A stretch of 56,672 nucleotides of DNA, counting the filler, from Sluysia triapertura (lineage: Eukaryota), in NCBI GenBank assembly GCA_046118255.1. It is 4 parts of 4 records of this genome, joined end to end, with 100 filler letters (N's around TTAATTAATTAA, not from the genome) between each part and the next. Parts side by side here need not be neighbours in the genome. Positions count along the whole stretch, not along the records: positions 31,864 to 44,645 come from JBJNIA010082366.1; positions 44,746 to 56,672 come from JBJNIA010155382.1; 2 more parts are not named here. One strand, given 5' to 3'. A program made the position numbers and the translations under genes. Within the stretch, counting starts at the first letter, position 1; the number at the start of each line of letters is the position of its first letter. The notes below the pieces were generated by a model. The model made no database searches, was not told the DNA's origin, and saw only the letters and a program-made list of their open reading frames with translations. This document shows positions 37,335 to 51,364 of this stretch, one piece after another.

Positions 37335-40117
37335 ATGGTAAGCAAGCAAGACTTTTTTCGAATTAAGCTAGACAGCTTATGTGGAGCAATCAGTGCTCAA
37401 AATAAAAATATTCAGTTTATAAATTCGAATGAATTTATTACAGGGTGTAAAGAATATGTATTTTTATGGTGTTTATCTAAGCAGAAAATTGTAATAATTT
37501 ATTTTTAAGCGATATATTTTTTAGATTAAACGATTAAGAACTAGAGAAAATGATCATATATCGTCATTTAAAGCAATTTTAATTGATGAAGGCTTAATAC
37601 TTATTGTTGGATTTGACAGTGGTTATGTTTCTGTGTATAAAGTAGAAACAAATGATGTAGTTTTATTGCAGTCAGTTAAATTTCACAAAAGTGCAATCAA
37701 TTTTATTAATTCTCACAATGATTCTGATGGTTTTATTTGCGGTAGCAAAGATGGTGATATGACAGTTGTTTTTAATTTTACAGACATGATTGGTGTAAAA
37801 TTACAAGATCACAAAGGAAGTGTTATTCAAGCGACATATATTCTTGAATATGATATACTTATTAGTGCATCAAGTACTGGTCTTATAAAATTCTGGTTTG
37901 TAAATGATATGCATTGCTTTAAAACATTTGACACAAAGACACCAATGAATGATTTTGTGTATTTAAAATCTAAAAATGTACTTGTCACAGGAGGTTCCGA
38001 AGCTGAGCTTAGGATATGGAAATTAGATTGGTCAAATTTTAATACCAATCCAGAATCTATTGATTATGATCCATCTAAATATAATAAAGATAGAATCCAA
38101 ATAAGTTCTTTGGGATCATTAGAAATTCCTGAACGTTGTGTAAATGAAATGATTTTGGATAGCTCCCAATCATATTTAAGCATTAATGTAAAATTTATAT
38201 GAAATGTTTTATGTCTAAATTATAGGCCAAAGCTAAATCAATACATATATATAATGTTGCATCTGATGATGAGTTTAAAAAGCGAATTAATAAAAGAGTT
38301 AAGAAAAATCAAAAGTACGTATTTTATTTACTTCTATTGTTCTAGGAAAGGAAGAACGAAAGAAATTATTATCAAACCATCTGATATATTAAAATTGTAC
38401 AAAACTGTTAAACATGGTATAAAATGTAATAATTTTGATTTAATATCGTCCAATGGTTTTTTACACGTAAGTATATTTTGTTCTATTTATTTTAATAGAT
38501 AATAAAATCTATGAATGATAATGTTATTGAATCAATGGTTATTGATACAAACAAATCTGAATCGAAGGAATCAGTTATAATGTCACCTGGCCACAGAGGT
38601 GATATTATTTTTGCTAAATACGCAGACGATTGTGATTCGTTAATAACAGTTTCTGGTACGGAATTGAAGTCATGGGATGAGTAAATTTAATTTTATAACT
38701 TTGATAAAAATTTAGAGAAGATCTAATTGTAACATCAGAAATTTGTTGGTATTCTAAACGCAATATTTCATCTTATGATCAAGATTATTATGCTACAATA
38801 ATGAAACAATTAAAGACAAATAGTCTAGTTGCATCTTGTGCTGTTACATTAGCAGATGATAATTTTGTTGCGATTGGATTTAGCAATGGCGCTATTTTTG
38901 TTTATGCTCGGCGCTTGAATACTTTATTAACGTTTTGTCGTGAACATAAAGATGGAATCACAGATATTAAATTTATTAATCGTCAAGGTCATCATTATAT
39001 ATTAACGAGTAGCTACGACAAATCTATAAGATTTTGGCGAATTCATTACGATTATGATAATATGTTAAATATGAAATTGACTTGTGAAGAACATTTTGAA
39101 TATACTAAAGAAATAACAAATTGTGAAATAATGCCTGATAATAAATCAGTGATTTTGGCTTTTTTAGATGGTAAGATTATGCTGTTTAGTCGAGAAGAAC
39201 TTGGTAAGAAATTGTTATTATTACACGGACATAAAGAACGAATAACAAGTTTATGTGTTGCATCAAATGCATCATGCATATTGTCAGGTTCAACTGATAA
39301 ATCGGTGCATTTATGGCAAATGCCATTTGGTAATGATAAAATGTTTTTGGAACATCAAGCTTCAGTAACAGCTGTATCTTTTGCTGGTTGCCGTGTTCAT
39401 ATGGGTTTTTCAGCAGATTCATCGGGTCAAGTTTTTATGTTAAGTTTTCTTGGTGGCAATATTACAAGACTTATGAAATTTTTTACAAATTCAGTTTGCG
39501 TATCAAGTTTAAATGTAATTTCTTCTTCTGAAGATATGTCATGTAAATTTATCACTGGACTCAAAAATGGTTCTTTCAGATTATGGTATGAATCAGAAGA
39601 ACTTCTTATACATAATGAAGAATTGTATAACGAATTTGAAGAAAATATGGAACGAGAAATTGCTAATAAAGATGAAACTGTTGTTGAAGGTGGGAACATT
39701 GTACGAAATTTGTTGGTTAGAAATACAAGAAATATATCTGACAATTTTGAACTCTTAAATGAAGCTTTGGAATATTATGGTTGTGGTGATGGAAGTATTG
39801 GTAAACCTGCTTTAATGGCAAATGGAGCTTATGCCAATATAGGTGAATATCTTATATATATTCTTGGTACACGTTTTCATAATATCGAAGAAATTAAAAC
39901 AGCACTTACAATGTTGCCAATGAGTCAGGTTAAAAGCGCTTTGCGCTTATTTAGTAGTTCGTTATTTTCATTGAATGTCGCCTGCTTTAATTATCTAGTA
40001 TTTCTTCACCATAGTACTATTATGTGTGATACAGATCTAAGAAAGCTATTATCAGAATTTTGCCAAAATGTTGATGATCAATTGGTTCGTATTTTATTTT
40101 TTTCAAATTTTATTTAA
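37335..40117 (+). CDS. WDR3: WD-repeat protein 3 / Dip2 / Utp12 (SSU processome UtpB subunit), ~860 aa
   Basis: Frame-consistent exons 37335-37490, 37525-38187, 38226-38314, 38346-38466, 38499-38680 and 38716-~40084/40117, with GT-AG introns of 34, 38, 31, 32 and 35 nt. N-terminus MVSKQDFFRIKLDSLCGAISAQNKNIQF (cf. MGLTKQYLRY...FGVIGSQKGNIVF); Lys-rich linker; PGHRGD; LHGHK..SGSTDKSVHLW..FG; Utp12-like helical tail (IKTALTMLPMSQV). The 3' end is uncertain (possible intron 40085-40142). Confidence 0.92.
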
Positions 40118-40441
40118 AATATTATTGCATTTTGCTTTCCAGAGTAAAATTTTATTTCATGTGGTTTGAATACGAACATTGTACTTTTTGTGGATTTATA
40201 AAATTTAATGACGGTTTGTTACGTTTCACATTTTAAGACTTTGTAAACAGTATAATATAGGCGTTGTGAAGTAAATGACAAGGTATTTGATTCCTATTGT
40301 ATTATGGTAAACACATCTTAGGTGTAAACTAAAAATACCTTCTAGAATACCGATACATAAAACTGTTCATATTTAAGTACACTTCACAAATGAGTCTAAT
40401 TTCTATCATTTTTACAAATAATGTTCTACATGATCTTAAAC

Positions 40442-40442
<1 letters not shown>

Positions 40443-40519
<77 letters not shown>
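40443..40519. repeat. (AAT)n microsatellite, ~25 units
   Basis: Perfect trinucleotide run. Confidence 0.98.
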
Positions 40520-40831
40520 GGTTTGCTTTTATTTATTTTTATTGGTAATCGTTCAATTTATGATCAGGTGCTAAGCTTGGCTCAGATTTATTTCAAATTG
40601 AATACCAGATATTCCTTGCTTGACTTGCTGGGAAATTAAGTTTAATTTATTGTAATTGGCTAAATTATTATTTGCAGCTACCGGATGCCATGATTTCGTA
40701 GTTACATTAATTGGAAATACTTACAAATAACGATTTAATTAAACTTTGCACTAAAGAAATCACCAAAATAATTCTAAATTTTCGAGTCTACTGAGAATCT
40801 AAACTGGATGATTAATTGTATTCATTGTTAA

Positions 40832-42616
40832 CACTATTTACGGAGTTTGGTTTTATACTTATTTTTACTCAATTGAGCCAAATTGACTCATAAGAAAATT
40901 GAAGTTATTTTTCAATTGTTATATTTTTATCTTTTGAACTTAGTAGTAAAACTTTTTTATTAGACTTTCTTTTATAAATGGTAATGTATAATTCTCAGAT
41001 TTATAAAGTTTTGTAGAAAAATGTCATTTTATCTTACCTTTCGTAATTTTAGGTAATTCTTTTCGGTTTGCACGTATAGTAGTTATCTTGTAAGGTAAAT
41101 GCTTGTAAAAAATTACCTGTAGTAATATTTTGTCCACAACCTAAATATGACTCTGCAAGCTTATTACTACAAATTCGCTCAAGGGAATGTTTGATCCTGG
41201 GATTTCATCTTTGCTTAAGTACGGAAAACAGTTCACCAGGTATTTGCTTCTAACATCCGATGCCAGCCAAAATTTGATTCCACATTTATCCCGCTTATTC
41301 GGTATGTACTGTATAAATCGGCATCTAGCTTTAGTAGGGTACAATTGCTCATCGATTGTTATGTTTGCGTCTGGTTTGTAACAAGCCTGATTATTCTCTA
41401 TAAATTTATGCCATATTTTTGAAATCAAATCAAATTTGTCTGTTTCCAGTCTTTCACTGCTTTTACTTTTTATCAAAATGTATGAACCGAAGTATTTCCA
41501 TAAGTTTATCTCTAGACATTGGATGAAAAAAGCCGGATCCCACTTCGCAGACTACAAATACGAACAATTCAATTTTTTTGCCTCATATGCTACTCTAGCA
41601 AATAAAATTGCTGCAAAGGCCCACAATTGTGATTTTGTAACCGTGCATTCCTTATTCAAAACTTTACGTGCTTCGAGATCGGTACATGATTTTATGTATG
41701 TCATCATACATTCGTCAGTTATCAAATTGAAAGCGCTTCTTACAGAACCAAGCATAATATGCCTTTTAGCATAGACAGTTGGACCAGAGATGCCTTTGAA
41801 TATTGGATAATCAGGTAATCTACTACATTTCTACCTTCATTCAATGTTTCCCATAAAGTCCCATCAGCAGCTTTTTCGGTTGACATTTCTCTATCAGAAG
41901 ATGTATCGATAACCTCTAACCCACTTTCGATTTCAAAATCAGAAATAATAGCCATGCCTCTTTTTCTACTAGGGGTTAGATCACGTAAAACTTCATCTTC
42001 ACTTTTGGTTTCAGAATCAGAACCATGGCTCTTTTTTCACTGCCTAAAAATTCATTTTTATTGACATCCTCCTGTAACTCAATTTCGTTATCACTTTGGT
42101 CTATATTAATTGCATCCGATTCATTATCTGATGTTTTTTTGTATTTTGATTAGTTTTTTCACTAAAAGACATTTTTTTCTCAGTTTTTCCCACAATAGCA
42201 ACCCTAGATAACCAGATAAAATAAATATTAATTGTATTACCTTTTACGATAAATTACAAAATTACAAAATTCAACTTTATAATGAATTTTATAAAATTAT
42301 AAATTATATATTTCAACAAAAATGAACTGCTCAAACGCGATGTATAAATCAGTCAAAGGGCATGATATGACCAAGAAATGTCATGTGAAATGCGATTAAC
42401 TGTTAAATCATTCTGAGTCAAAGTGGTTCACAACCTTAAAAATAGGTATACCACCACATTCGATAATGAAAAATGAAAGGGTTTGCGGGCAAGAAGAATC
42501 AACATTTACATATATTTCATTACTTCACTAAAACCAACGTACGTTTTTAAAAAACAATATCAATGAATTGATCAAATTTTTAATGAGTCAAATTGGCTCA
42601 GTCCGTAAATCTAGTG
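40832..42616 (-). mobile_element. Defective piggyBac (PGBD4-like) transposon with both termini and TTAA TSD
   Basis: TTAA at 40828-40831 and 42617-42620. TIR CACTAGATTTACGGACTGAGCCAATTTGACTCAT; the left copy has a 2-nt deletion and a ~28-nt insertion. Frameshifted transposase ~42172-40900: acidic N-terminus, AADGTLW, ITIDEQLYPTKARCRFIQYIPNKRDKCGIKFW, NITTGNF (2nd Asp lost), TIRANRKELP, KKVLLLSS. Deleted before the third Asp. Confidence 0.93.
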
Positions 42617-44424
42617 TTAAAAGTATCAAAAGATAACAAACTGTTAATTAAGTTTATAAACCACCAAATGTGGTGTTGGGAGTAGAAAAAGAATCCACTT
42701 TTTGAAATTGATAGTAACAATAAACCAATATAAATTTAATTTACTTAAATAGAATCTCAAATAATTTCACTATTCACTAGATCAAGTATAACTTATCACA
42801 AATTTTCTAATTTTTTTTAATTATACTTATTCAACCAAAAAATTACGTTCATAATTCGAATTAATTACAATAACTCATTAATATAATAATTACAAAATCA
42901 AATACAAGTTGTTATTATAAGTTTCTGCTTTAACAATAATACAAGTAAACTAAATAAAAACGACTAAGTTTCAAAATTAACAATAATATTTATGACAATA
43001 TTAAGACCACAAAAATCTATCCAAAGAGTTGACGCAACAAACAACAAAAATTAAAATGCCAATATCTAATAAAAATTGAGATCAATAATAATAATATTTA
43101 TATCTTGTCGATTAACTCTATTCTAACTTAATAACCGCAAAACTGTAAAATAATTTTGGCAGGGAGTCTCCCAAAATTCAATTTCTAAAAAGTTAAAATT
43201 AAAATTGAAATTCAGATAATAATTAAATATATAACTTAAAACATTTCAAAGTAATTCGGGTAGGGTGCCTCTCAAAACATTCAAATTTGTCAATGTCTAA
43301 GTATTGCCCCAAAAATTATTTTAATAATTAAAATTATAAAACAATAAAAAATAAAAAAAGTTACCATAATCATTGATTTTCTTTTTTGTTGTCTCGAGAA
43401 TTTTTTTCCTTTTTTCTGATATTGAAAAGGTAAGGTGAATGTTTACCTCAAATCCCATTATCTTTAGATAATTAAAAAGATAAAGAAATTTGCCACAGAC
43501 GAAAATTGCTGTCGAAATGTAATAAGTAAAATCGGTCGGCTTAAAACTGACTAAAAGAAAATTTCAGTTTCGTTCAATTTCCAATTTTCAATTTACTAAA
43601 TCATCATAAAACTGTACTTTTGTAGAAAATAAGAAACCAAAAAAAAACAAAAAGGAAACAGAGTCAGATCAACAAAATAAAACAAAAACTTTCTACCTGT
43701 AGGGACGCTGCTTCAATTCATATGTGAATAACGGTGAAATTGAAGCTCATTCTTTAGCAATCAGCTAAAGTAAACATATTTTGTATTAATAAGGGTGTTG
43801 ATTTGTTAATATTAAAAGGATTTATAATTTTGAAGTTTATGATCAAAGAATAATTTGTATTACTGCGATTATTTTAAAGAATTTTCATTGTGCAATTGTG
43901 ATTTTATTAAAAAATATATCGAGATTCCGATTTTGCTTAATTATTGAATTATATTTTAGTAAAGTTAAAGTATAAGTACAAAAGACACAGCAAAAGGATT
44001 TGTAAAAGTTGTAGGCTTATTTTAATTGTTTAAGGGGTTGCTTCAACCCAGTGATTTTATTCACTCATAGATTTTATAACAGAATAAGGTATTATTTCTA
44101 AGAAATATTTTAAATAAGTTAAAGTTAAAAATAAATTGATACATTTTAATGTTGGAATTGCTAGGCTGATGGATAAGCACTGTTGAAGTAAGAATGATGA
44201 GGATGAAAATATCTGCATTAGTGTTGAAAGCCGAAGAAAATCTTTGCGGGGTTTTGAGACCTTGTGGATGTGTTTGGAAAACCTTTTGAACTTCTTAATC
44301 CTGAGATTATGTAAGACCTTATTAATCTTTGGGTAATTTTGAAACCTTTATAAACATTTAGTATCTTTGAGTAATCTTATAAAGTAGTTGAAATCTTTAA
44401 TATATTTGAGAAAATAAAATCAAC

Positions 44425-44530
44425 GTTGCTAATATTAAAGATAAGTTTGATAATTAATATAAAAAAGTAGAATCAGAGTGGTGAAGATGAAAGCATCTGG
44501 AGCCTCCTGAATGCTTTATCAAATACTAAA
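44425..44530 (+). repeat. Dispersed repeat family C core
   Basis: AATATTAAAGATAA…GAATCAGAGTGGTGA…TGAAAG…GAGCCTCCTGA matches ~56451-56545. Confidence 0.75.
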
Positions 44531-44645
44531 TAATTTTAGAACTTGAATAAAATCTTTAAACATAAAATTGTTGGGATTGCCCAACTTTGGATTAAGAGAT
44601 GAGTAAAAGACATGTAGAGTTATAAATGAAGGAAGAATTAATGAG

Positions 44646-44745
44646 NNNNNNNNNNNNNNNNNNNNNNNNNNNNNNNNNNNNNNNNNNNNTTAATTAATTA
44701 ANNNNNNNNNNNNNNNNNNNNNNNNNNNNNNNNNNNNNNNNNNNN
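44646..44745. other. Scaffold gap with synthetic linker
   Basis: N44-TTAATTAATTAA-N44. Confidence 0.97.
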
Positions 44746-45503
44746 ATTTTAATATTAATTTATTATTTATTTAATGAATTTAATAATATCAAATAATTAT
44801 TATTTAAATAATTATTAAATTAAAAAATAATAATTAATAAATAATGGATTTGTAATAAATATTAAATAAATAAATAATAAATAATAAATAATCATTTTTT
44901 AATAAATTTTACAATAAATAATTATTAAATCAATAAATTTGTATTAAATATTAAAATAAATAATAATTAATAAATAATGAATTAGTAATAAATAATCGTT
45001 ACAATAAATCACTTAGAAAATAATATGTTGAATCTAATCAAACCAATGAAAATTTATGCTTTTTTGAGCAAAATATAATAACTTTCTGCTGAATTGGAAA
45101 AAAAAATCTATTTTGACAACTTATATTAGAAATTAGTTGCTATTTTGTTACATAAATTATATTATTTTACAATTGCATTTACAATTAATTTATTAAGTGA
45201 ATTTTATTTGTTATAAAAATAAATAATTATAGATAATCAATATGTAGATTTAGGTTTAGTTATTATTGAAACATGCTAGCGTAATAAAAATCTATAGAAA
45301 AAAAATATACACAGTTTCAGGCACAGTTTTATATTTTTCAATTATTAAAAAACGACTGTCACAAACGTTAAACAATGTATATTAGACCTTAGAAAAATGT
45401 TTTCAATTCATAGAAATTGAAACAGACACTTGAATTACTTATGAACCAATTAGCATTCGTCATTGATTTTAAGATGAAAATAATCATCATTTGATTCGGA
45501 TAG

Positions 45504-45691
45504 NNNNNNNNNNNNNNNNNNNNNNNNNNNNNNNNNNNNNNNNNNNNNNNNNNNNNNNNNNNNNNNNNNNNNNNNNNNNNNNNNNNNNNNNNNNNNNNNN
45601 NNNNNNNNNNNNNNNNNNNNNNNNNNNNNNNNNNNNNNNNNNNNNNNNNNNNNNNNNNNNNNNNNNNNNNNNNNNNNNNNNNNNNNNNNNN
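45504..45691. other. Assembly gap (188 N)
   Basis: Run of N. Confidence 0.99.
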
Positions 45692-46099
45692 ACAAAAAAA
45701 TATTACAATAAATTAAAAATGAAATTTTAAATAAAATTATAAATAAATGGAGCTAACCAGAAAATAACTATTATTTAGTTTGCTTTAATATAATATATTA
45801 TATTATTATTTTCCATTTAATATGATATGAATAAATATTTGCAAAAAATGTGTGTTTGGGAATAATTCTTTGGAAAATGTTTTTATCCAAGATTTGTACC
45901 GATAATTCTTAATATGGAAAATAAAAAATATAAATCAATGTAAAAAAGAAAAATTAAAATTATTTTAATAATAATTCAATAACGAAATTAAAAATTTTAA
46001 ACAATAAAAATTGGAAATAAAAATTGTTTTTTTATTAATACTAAAAATTGAATTAAAATAGATTGTTTGATTTTTAAAAAATAATTAATTATTTTTCAG

Positions 46100-47849
46100 A
46101 AATTAATGGTGCCACTGAAAGAACTTTTTGGTCGTTATTCACGCCCTGGAGACTTTGATCCACGATTGGACAATGTAAAACGTGAAATAAATCGAATAAG
46201 TGAACAGATTTATTTATTGGATATTATATCGTTTTTGCCAGAAGATTTACTGAACTGCCACAATCAAGCATTGGTTACATTAATATTTATTTTATGATAT
46301 AATAAAATTTATTAATAAATTGTTACTATTATTAGAGAGTAAATAATATATTTAATTTAATAATAAAATTTTACTTTTAATTTAAATTATATAAAGACTA
46401 ATATGAAGTATATTAAAAAGTAATAAAAATTATTATAGAAAATTATACTAACAATGACTGTGCGTATGTGTAGTAGAAAAACATTTTAATTAGAAAATTG
46501 CTAGAGTTTTCTTAACTTAGTCTTATGAATAAAAGAATGATTATAGTGAATCCCAACGTACTAGACTTACCAGTTAGGGATAGCCCTTGGATTTTAGAAA
46601 GAGTTATGTGTAAGAGGTCAGATACAAAAGTTGTAATTGAATCAATGTCATTAAGAATTCTCTGTCTTGTAATAATTTGTTTAAAAAATTTAAAATTACA
46701 ATAATTTTACGGGAAATACGTGAAAGGATTCAAAATAATATATTACAATGAATCTATTAAAAAGATCAAGAGAAAAATACAATATTAATTTTAAAATTTT
46801 AGGGATTATATTATGTGACTTATAATTGTGTAATTTACAGCGAATTCGTTAAAAGAATTCAAAAACAATATTTTACATCGAATCTATTAAATTACAATGT
46901 TAATTTTTTAATTTAAAAATCTAAATCAAAAGAAAACTTTATGAATTACGCTAAGTTTTATTGTATTACAATATTAATATACAAGGTTAAAGTAAAACTA
47001 TAATAATACACTATAGAAATTTACGATAATTAACTTAAAATTGTTAACTTTATCGATATTTAGAAAATGAACTACTAAAAAGTTCCAAAAATTTATTACA
47101 AAAATTCAAATGTTTTAGTAGATTTTACTAATGTACCTGAGAATACTGATCTTAAAATAATAAACACACATTTCTTTGTCCAAACAAATCAACGTCAACT
47201 CGAATCTTCAAAGAATTCTTAAAAATCAGTTGCAGAAAAACAATTGAAAATTTTTATTGATATATAGTTTTAACGAGTTGACCTTGACTTAGGTCAAACA
47301 AAAAGTAAAATAATTTAAATTATAAAAATTAATTCAATTTGAAATTAATAATTTGTTAGTAATTATTAAATCAAAATCAATATTCACAAAATAAATATCA
47401 ATGTTGTGTGTTAATACAAAATTACAAGTGTTAATGCAACAAAATGTAATCAAGCATAAATTATAATAATGTCAACTAAAATGAGAAATGCCAACTTATA
47501 CTTAATTAATCATTGATTAAAATATGACGATATTATCATTAATAATAATAGTAATAATAATAATATAAATGTTAAAATACTTACAAAATTTTAGAAATTC
47601 CGTGAAAGCTTAGAAACCGTTGAGGAAGATTTGAGTTATATTTGTGATATGGGTAAAAAGTTAGTTGAACAAAAACAAATTGAACAACCGGAACGGATGA
47701 CGGCTCAGTTGGATAATCTGAAGAAACGTCACGCAGATTTATTGAAGCAAATCGAAGAAGGACTTATAAAACTAAATTCTGCTAAACCATTTATTGATGA
47801 ACTTAGTAAAAAGCAACAATTGATGGAAGACATTTTGGAGGGAAAACAA
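46100..47849 (+). CDS. DMD: Two internal exons (46100-46273, 47595-47849) of a dystrophin/utrophin-like gene, spectrin-repeat rod
   Basis: AG/GT-bounded phase-0 exons: KLMVPLKELFGRYSRPGDFDPRLDNVKREI…LLNCHNQAL | KFRESLETVEEDLSYICDMGKKLVEQKQIEQPERMTAQLDNLKKRHADL. They align by eye to dystrophin KKLQDVSMKFRLFQKPANFEQRL…LNHCV | [49 protein letters not shown]. Confidence 0.85.
46545..46625 (+). repeat. Dispersed repeat family B core (intronic)
   Basis: Matches 35610-35700. Confidence 0.7.
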
Positions 47850-49378
47850 GTTTGATTATTTTGTTTAAATTTTATTAAATTATTAAGAAATTAATTTTTT
47901 AAAATTAAATTTTATATTAGATATTTATAGTTAGTTGACTTTAAAATTACTTTTATAAGTTACTTTTTTCAAGTTAAAAATAGAAACAAAATATCATTAG
48001 GCAGAAATTTAGTAATATGATCATGGCAGATGTTTGAGGAAATAATTTTAATTATTTAATAATAAATCACAAAGAAGCTTTTTCGGTGACATGGCAACAT
48101 TTAGAATTATTTAGATTTGATAAAAACATTAAATTGATAATAATTGCTAATAATAATAATAATAATAATTGATAATAATTTAATAATTTGCTTATTGATA
48201 ATAATAATTTAATAATTTCCTTTTTAAATTATTTATTAAAAATATAATTAAAAACTTCCACGTGTCATTAATTCGTAAAGTAATAATAAATAAATTAATA
48301 TAAAATAAAGCATTAAATAAAGAGTAAAAGAATTTTTATTATATAAATCATAAAGCTTTATTTAAATGGAAATGTATTTTTAGAATTTAATTTAATAATT
48401 TAAATATTATTCAAATTAAAAGAAGTATTTAAAAAAATATGAATAATGTATAATACTGATAGAACAATAGTTCTATAACTTGTATAACAAATAAATAAAT
48501 ACAAAATATAAATTTAAAATTTCATTTTATATTTTAATTATTTTAACTCAAACCGAAAATTTATAATTTGTAAATTATTATTTATTAGAAAAATTATTAT
48601 TTGAAATATTATTTAAATTGTAAGATTTTTTTTATACTTATATATCTAAGTTTGATTTTAGTCTACTTGAGTTTCTTACGATGTTAGACTTACTCACTTA
48701 AGTGCTAATACGTAAGTGACGTATGCAACAATTATTTGGAGGTTTTTCTATTTTAAAGTGTCAATAGCTAAAGAACTATTGCTGTAATGTCATTGATTCG
48801 GTTTCTGTTTTATTGCAATGACAGGTTAAAAATATGTATTTTACATAGGATCCCAATTAAATAAGAAGTTTAAATTTTAAACTAACAAAATACGAATGAT
48901 TTTTGGGTCAATTTGTAACTATAATAATTTGATATTCAGTTAATCTCAGAAATTTTAATAATTTATATTATTACAAAATGAATGTAACAAACGTGTAAAA
49001 TGATACATAATAAGAATAACTATAGAGAATTTAAAAAAATTAAAAACTTTGAAGTAATTAATTTTTGGTATGCTTTACTTTTAGATTGATTTTTCTTCAA
49101 CCATTTAAACAGTTGGAAATAGATAAATAGTTTTTATGTAATAATTTACAACGATTAAAATTCGTAAACTTAAAATAGATTGACTAACTGATTATTTCTC
49201 AAAGAATGTGTCGTGTTTATCAGGAGAAGCGTTTTTCCAACGAATTAGATATGTTCAAAATCCAAAGCAAGGAAAGAAAATTTTTGTTGTGTTATTCTAT
49301 ATTGTGTACATTGTGTATTTTATGCGTTTATATATATAATTTACTTTCAAGGTGATGTTTGCTTTATATGTTTTAAAC

Positions 49379-49773
49379 AAAGAATTACATTGGTTGCCAA
49401 TAAAAGCACGAATAGAATTTAAAATTATGACAATAATTTACAAATGCTTACATTACGGAAGTCCTGAATATCTTTTGGAAATAATACGAAAATTGGAAAT
49501 GAAGATGAATATTTCATTGAGACATAATAATAATCTATATAGAATTCACAGTGATAAGAAGCTAGGTGATAGGTTGTATACTGTTTATGTCTCAAAAATA
49601 TACAACCAGTTACCAGAGAATGTCAAATTTCTGAAAAATTATGAAATATTTAAGAAAAAGCAAAGTCCTTTCTGTTTCAGAAATATTATGATGAATGATT
49701 TACCTTAAGCGCTTTTGTGTACTTTCGCAGTAGATATGAGCGCAATATAAATTAATATATTATATTATATATT
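49379..49773 (+). mobile_element. L2/CR1-type LINE 3' end
   Basis: KELHWLPIKARIEFKIMTIIYKCLH..PEYL motif. The stop is followed by AAGCGCTTT…GAGCGCAATATAAAT and a TATTA-type simple tail. Confidence 0.9.
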
Positions 49774-49869
49774 AAACAAAACACGATCTTGCATATATTT
49801 TATTTTTCCTTTTCTCGACATAATTAAAATTCATAAATTTAAATATAAATGAATAAAATATTTTGAGTA

Positions 49870-50554
49870 AAATTTACGTGCATGAATGGTTTTGAATGGT
49901 ACATTTCTGTTGGCTTTTTGAAATGAGGCTATAAGGTAGTTATACAATGTTAACAAATGTGCTTATGATTGTACTGTTATGTAACTATGAATAAAATTTT
50001 TTTGATAATTTTTTTAATGTATGTTATTAATTCTGAAAGTTAATGTGATTTTATTGTTATTGGGTTATGAAATAGGGATGTTTCGACAATGTTAGAATAA
50101 AGTTTTAGTGGGAGTAGCAAAAAATAAAATATGGAAAAGTTTTGATGAAAAATAGTAAAATGTTAAAGAATGTGCGATTTATTGAATTTAAATTTTTTAA
50201 ATTAATTTCTAAGTGTATGTTTGATGGTTTTAAATGTAATTGTAATTCTGATATTATGAATTATGGGTTGAAATTTTTCAAGTAAAATTTAATGTGCGTT
50301 AATGGTCTGAATTTAAATATAATTTTAATGTTATAAAGTATGAAATAGAAATGTTTATGAAATTTGTGATAAGGTTTTATTGGAAATAAAGGAAATAAAA
50401 TATGAAAAAGTGTTAGATGTCAGAGTATTTAAAATGATATGAAATTTTATGTTTAGTATGTTTGATGGTATTAAGCGTTGTGAAGTGTTGAGAAGAGTGT
50501 TCTTGTTATGTGATGGTATAATAAAATGGCAAAGTTAATAGGTTGGCCACCACA
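49870..50554 (+). repeat. LTR-like element ending GGTTGGCCACCACA, abutting a LINE fragment
   Basis: Terminal 14-mer shared with the element at 20400 and similar strand-skewed composition. Left end undefined. Confidence 0.45.
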
Positions 50555-50742
50555 AAATCTATAACCTAGCTTGTTATCATTGTGGTTTCTGTATAGATTA
50601 TCATGCCTCAACGAAATATTCATCTTGGTTTCCGATTTTCGTATTGTTTCTGAAAGATATTCAGAACTTCCGTAATGTAATCATTTGTAAATTATTGTCA
50701 TGATTTTGAATTCTATTATTTCTTTTACATGAGATCTTCTTT
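50555..50742 (-). mobile_element. L2/CR1-type LINE fragment
   Basis: Degenerate copy of ~51540-51790. Confidence 0.85.
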
Positions 50743-51364
50743 CAACTTTGAGAATTAGTAAATTTGGTTATTAAATTTCATTTCCATTTTTATCATAAAC
50801 ATTTTTTAGAACGAATGTTTAATAAATAGCGTAATACGAAACCAATTAATATTACATTGTTCAATAGCAAATGAAGAATAATACAAATAATAGTAAAATA
50901 GTATTAAAAAACTCAATATATTCTGAAAAATAAAATTTCATACGCTTAATTAAAATGTTTTTTAATTTATTATATAAATTAATTTATAACACAATTTAAA
51001 TCATTTTAAATTATTTTAGTTATTTATTTATTTATTATTGTTTCAATAATGCAAATTGTTAATATTTGATTTTAAATATTAATTATTTTGTTTTTTTGAA
51101 TTAATTTTATTATGCTGACTTCAAAACGGTATCAATTTTCAATGTATAATATGAGAATAATTGCTGCTTTACAAAAATTTTAAGAAACAATTTTCCCTGC
51201 AAAATAAATTATTATTTACTATTTTTATGCAACTGAACCATCATTTATTTTTTTGTGGAAATAGTTAAAAATCAAAAGCTTTCAAAAAAATTAAAAATTA
51301 AATTCAAAAATTAAAAATTAAATTAAAATAAAACAAAGTCAAAGACAATAATAATACTAATAAT

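Noticed and set aside
39052-39758. Antisense or alternate-frame ORFs inside WDR3 (also 10830, 29748, 37827, 41187, 41436)
   Set aside because: Shadows of the real coding strand with no independent motifs.
40421-40639. Poly-Ile ORF
   Set aside because: Translation of the (AAT)n microsatellite.
45450-45730. ORFs made of X residues
   Set aside because: They span the N gap.
49205-49340. Next dystrophin exon
   Set aside because: It has an acceptor-like site, but the phase-0 translation shows no spectrin-repeat similarity and runs into a stop.
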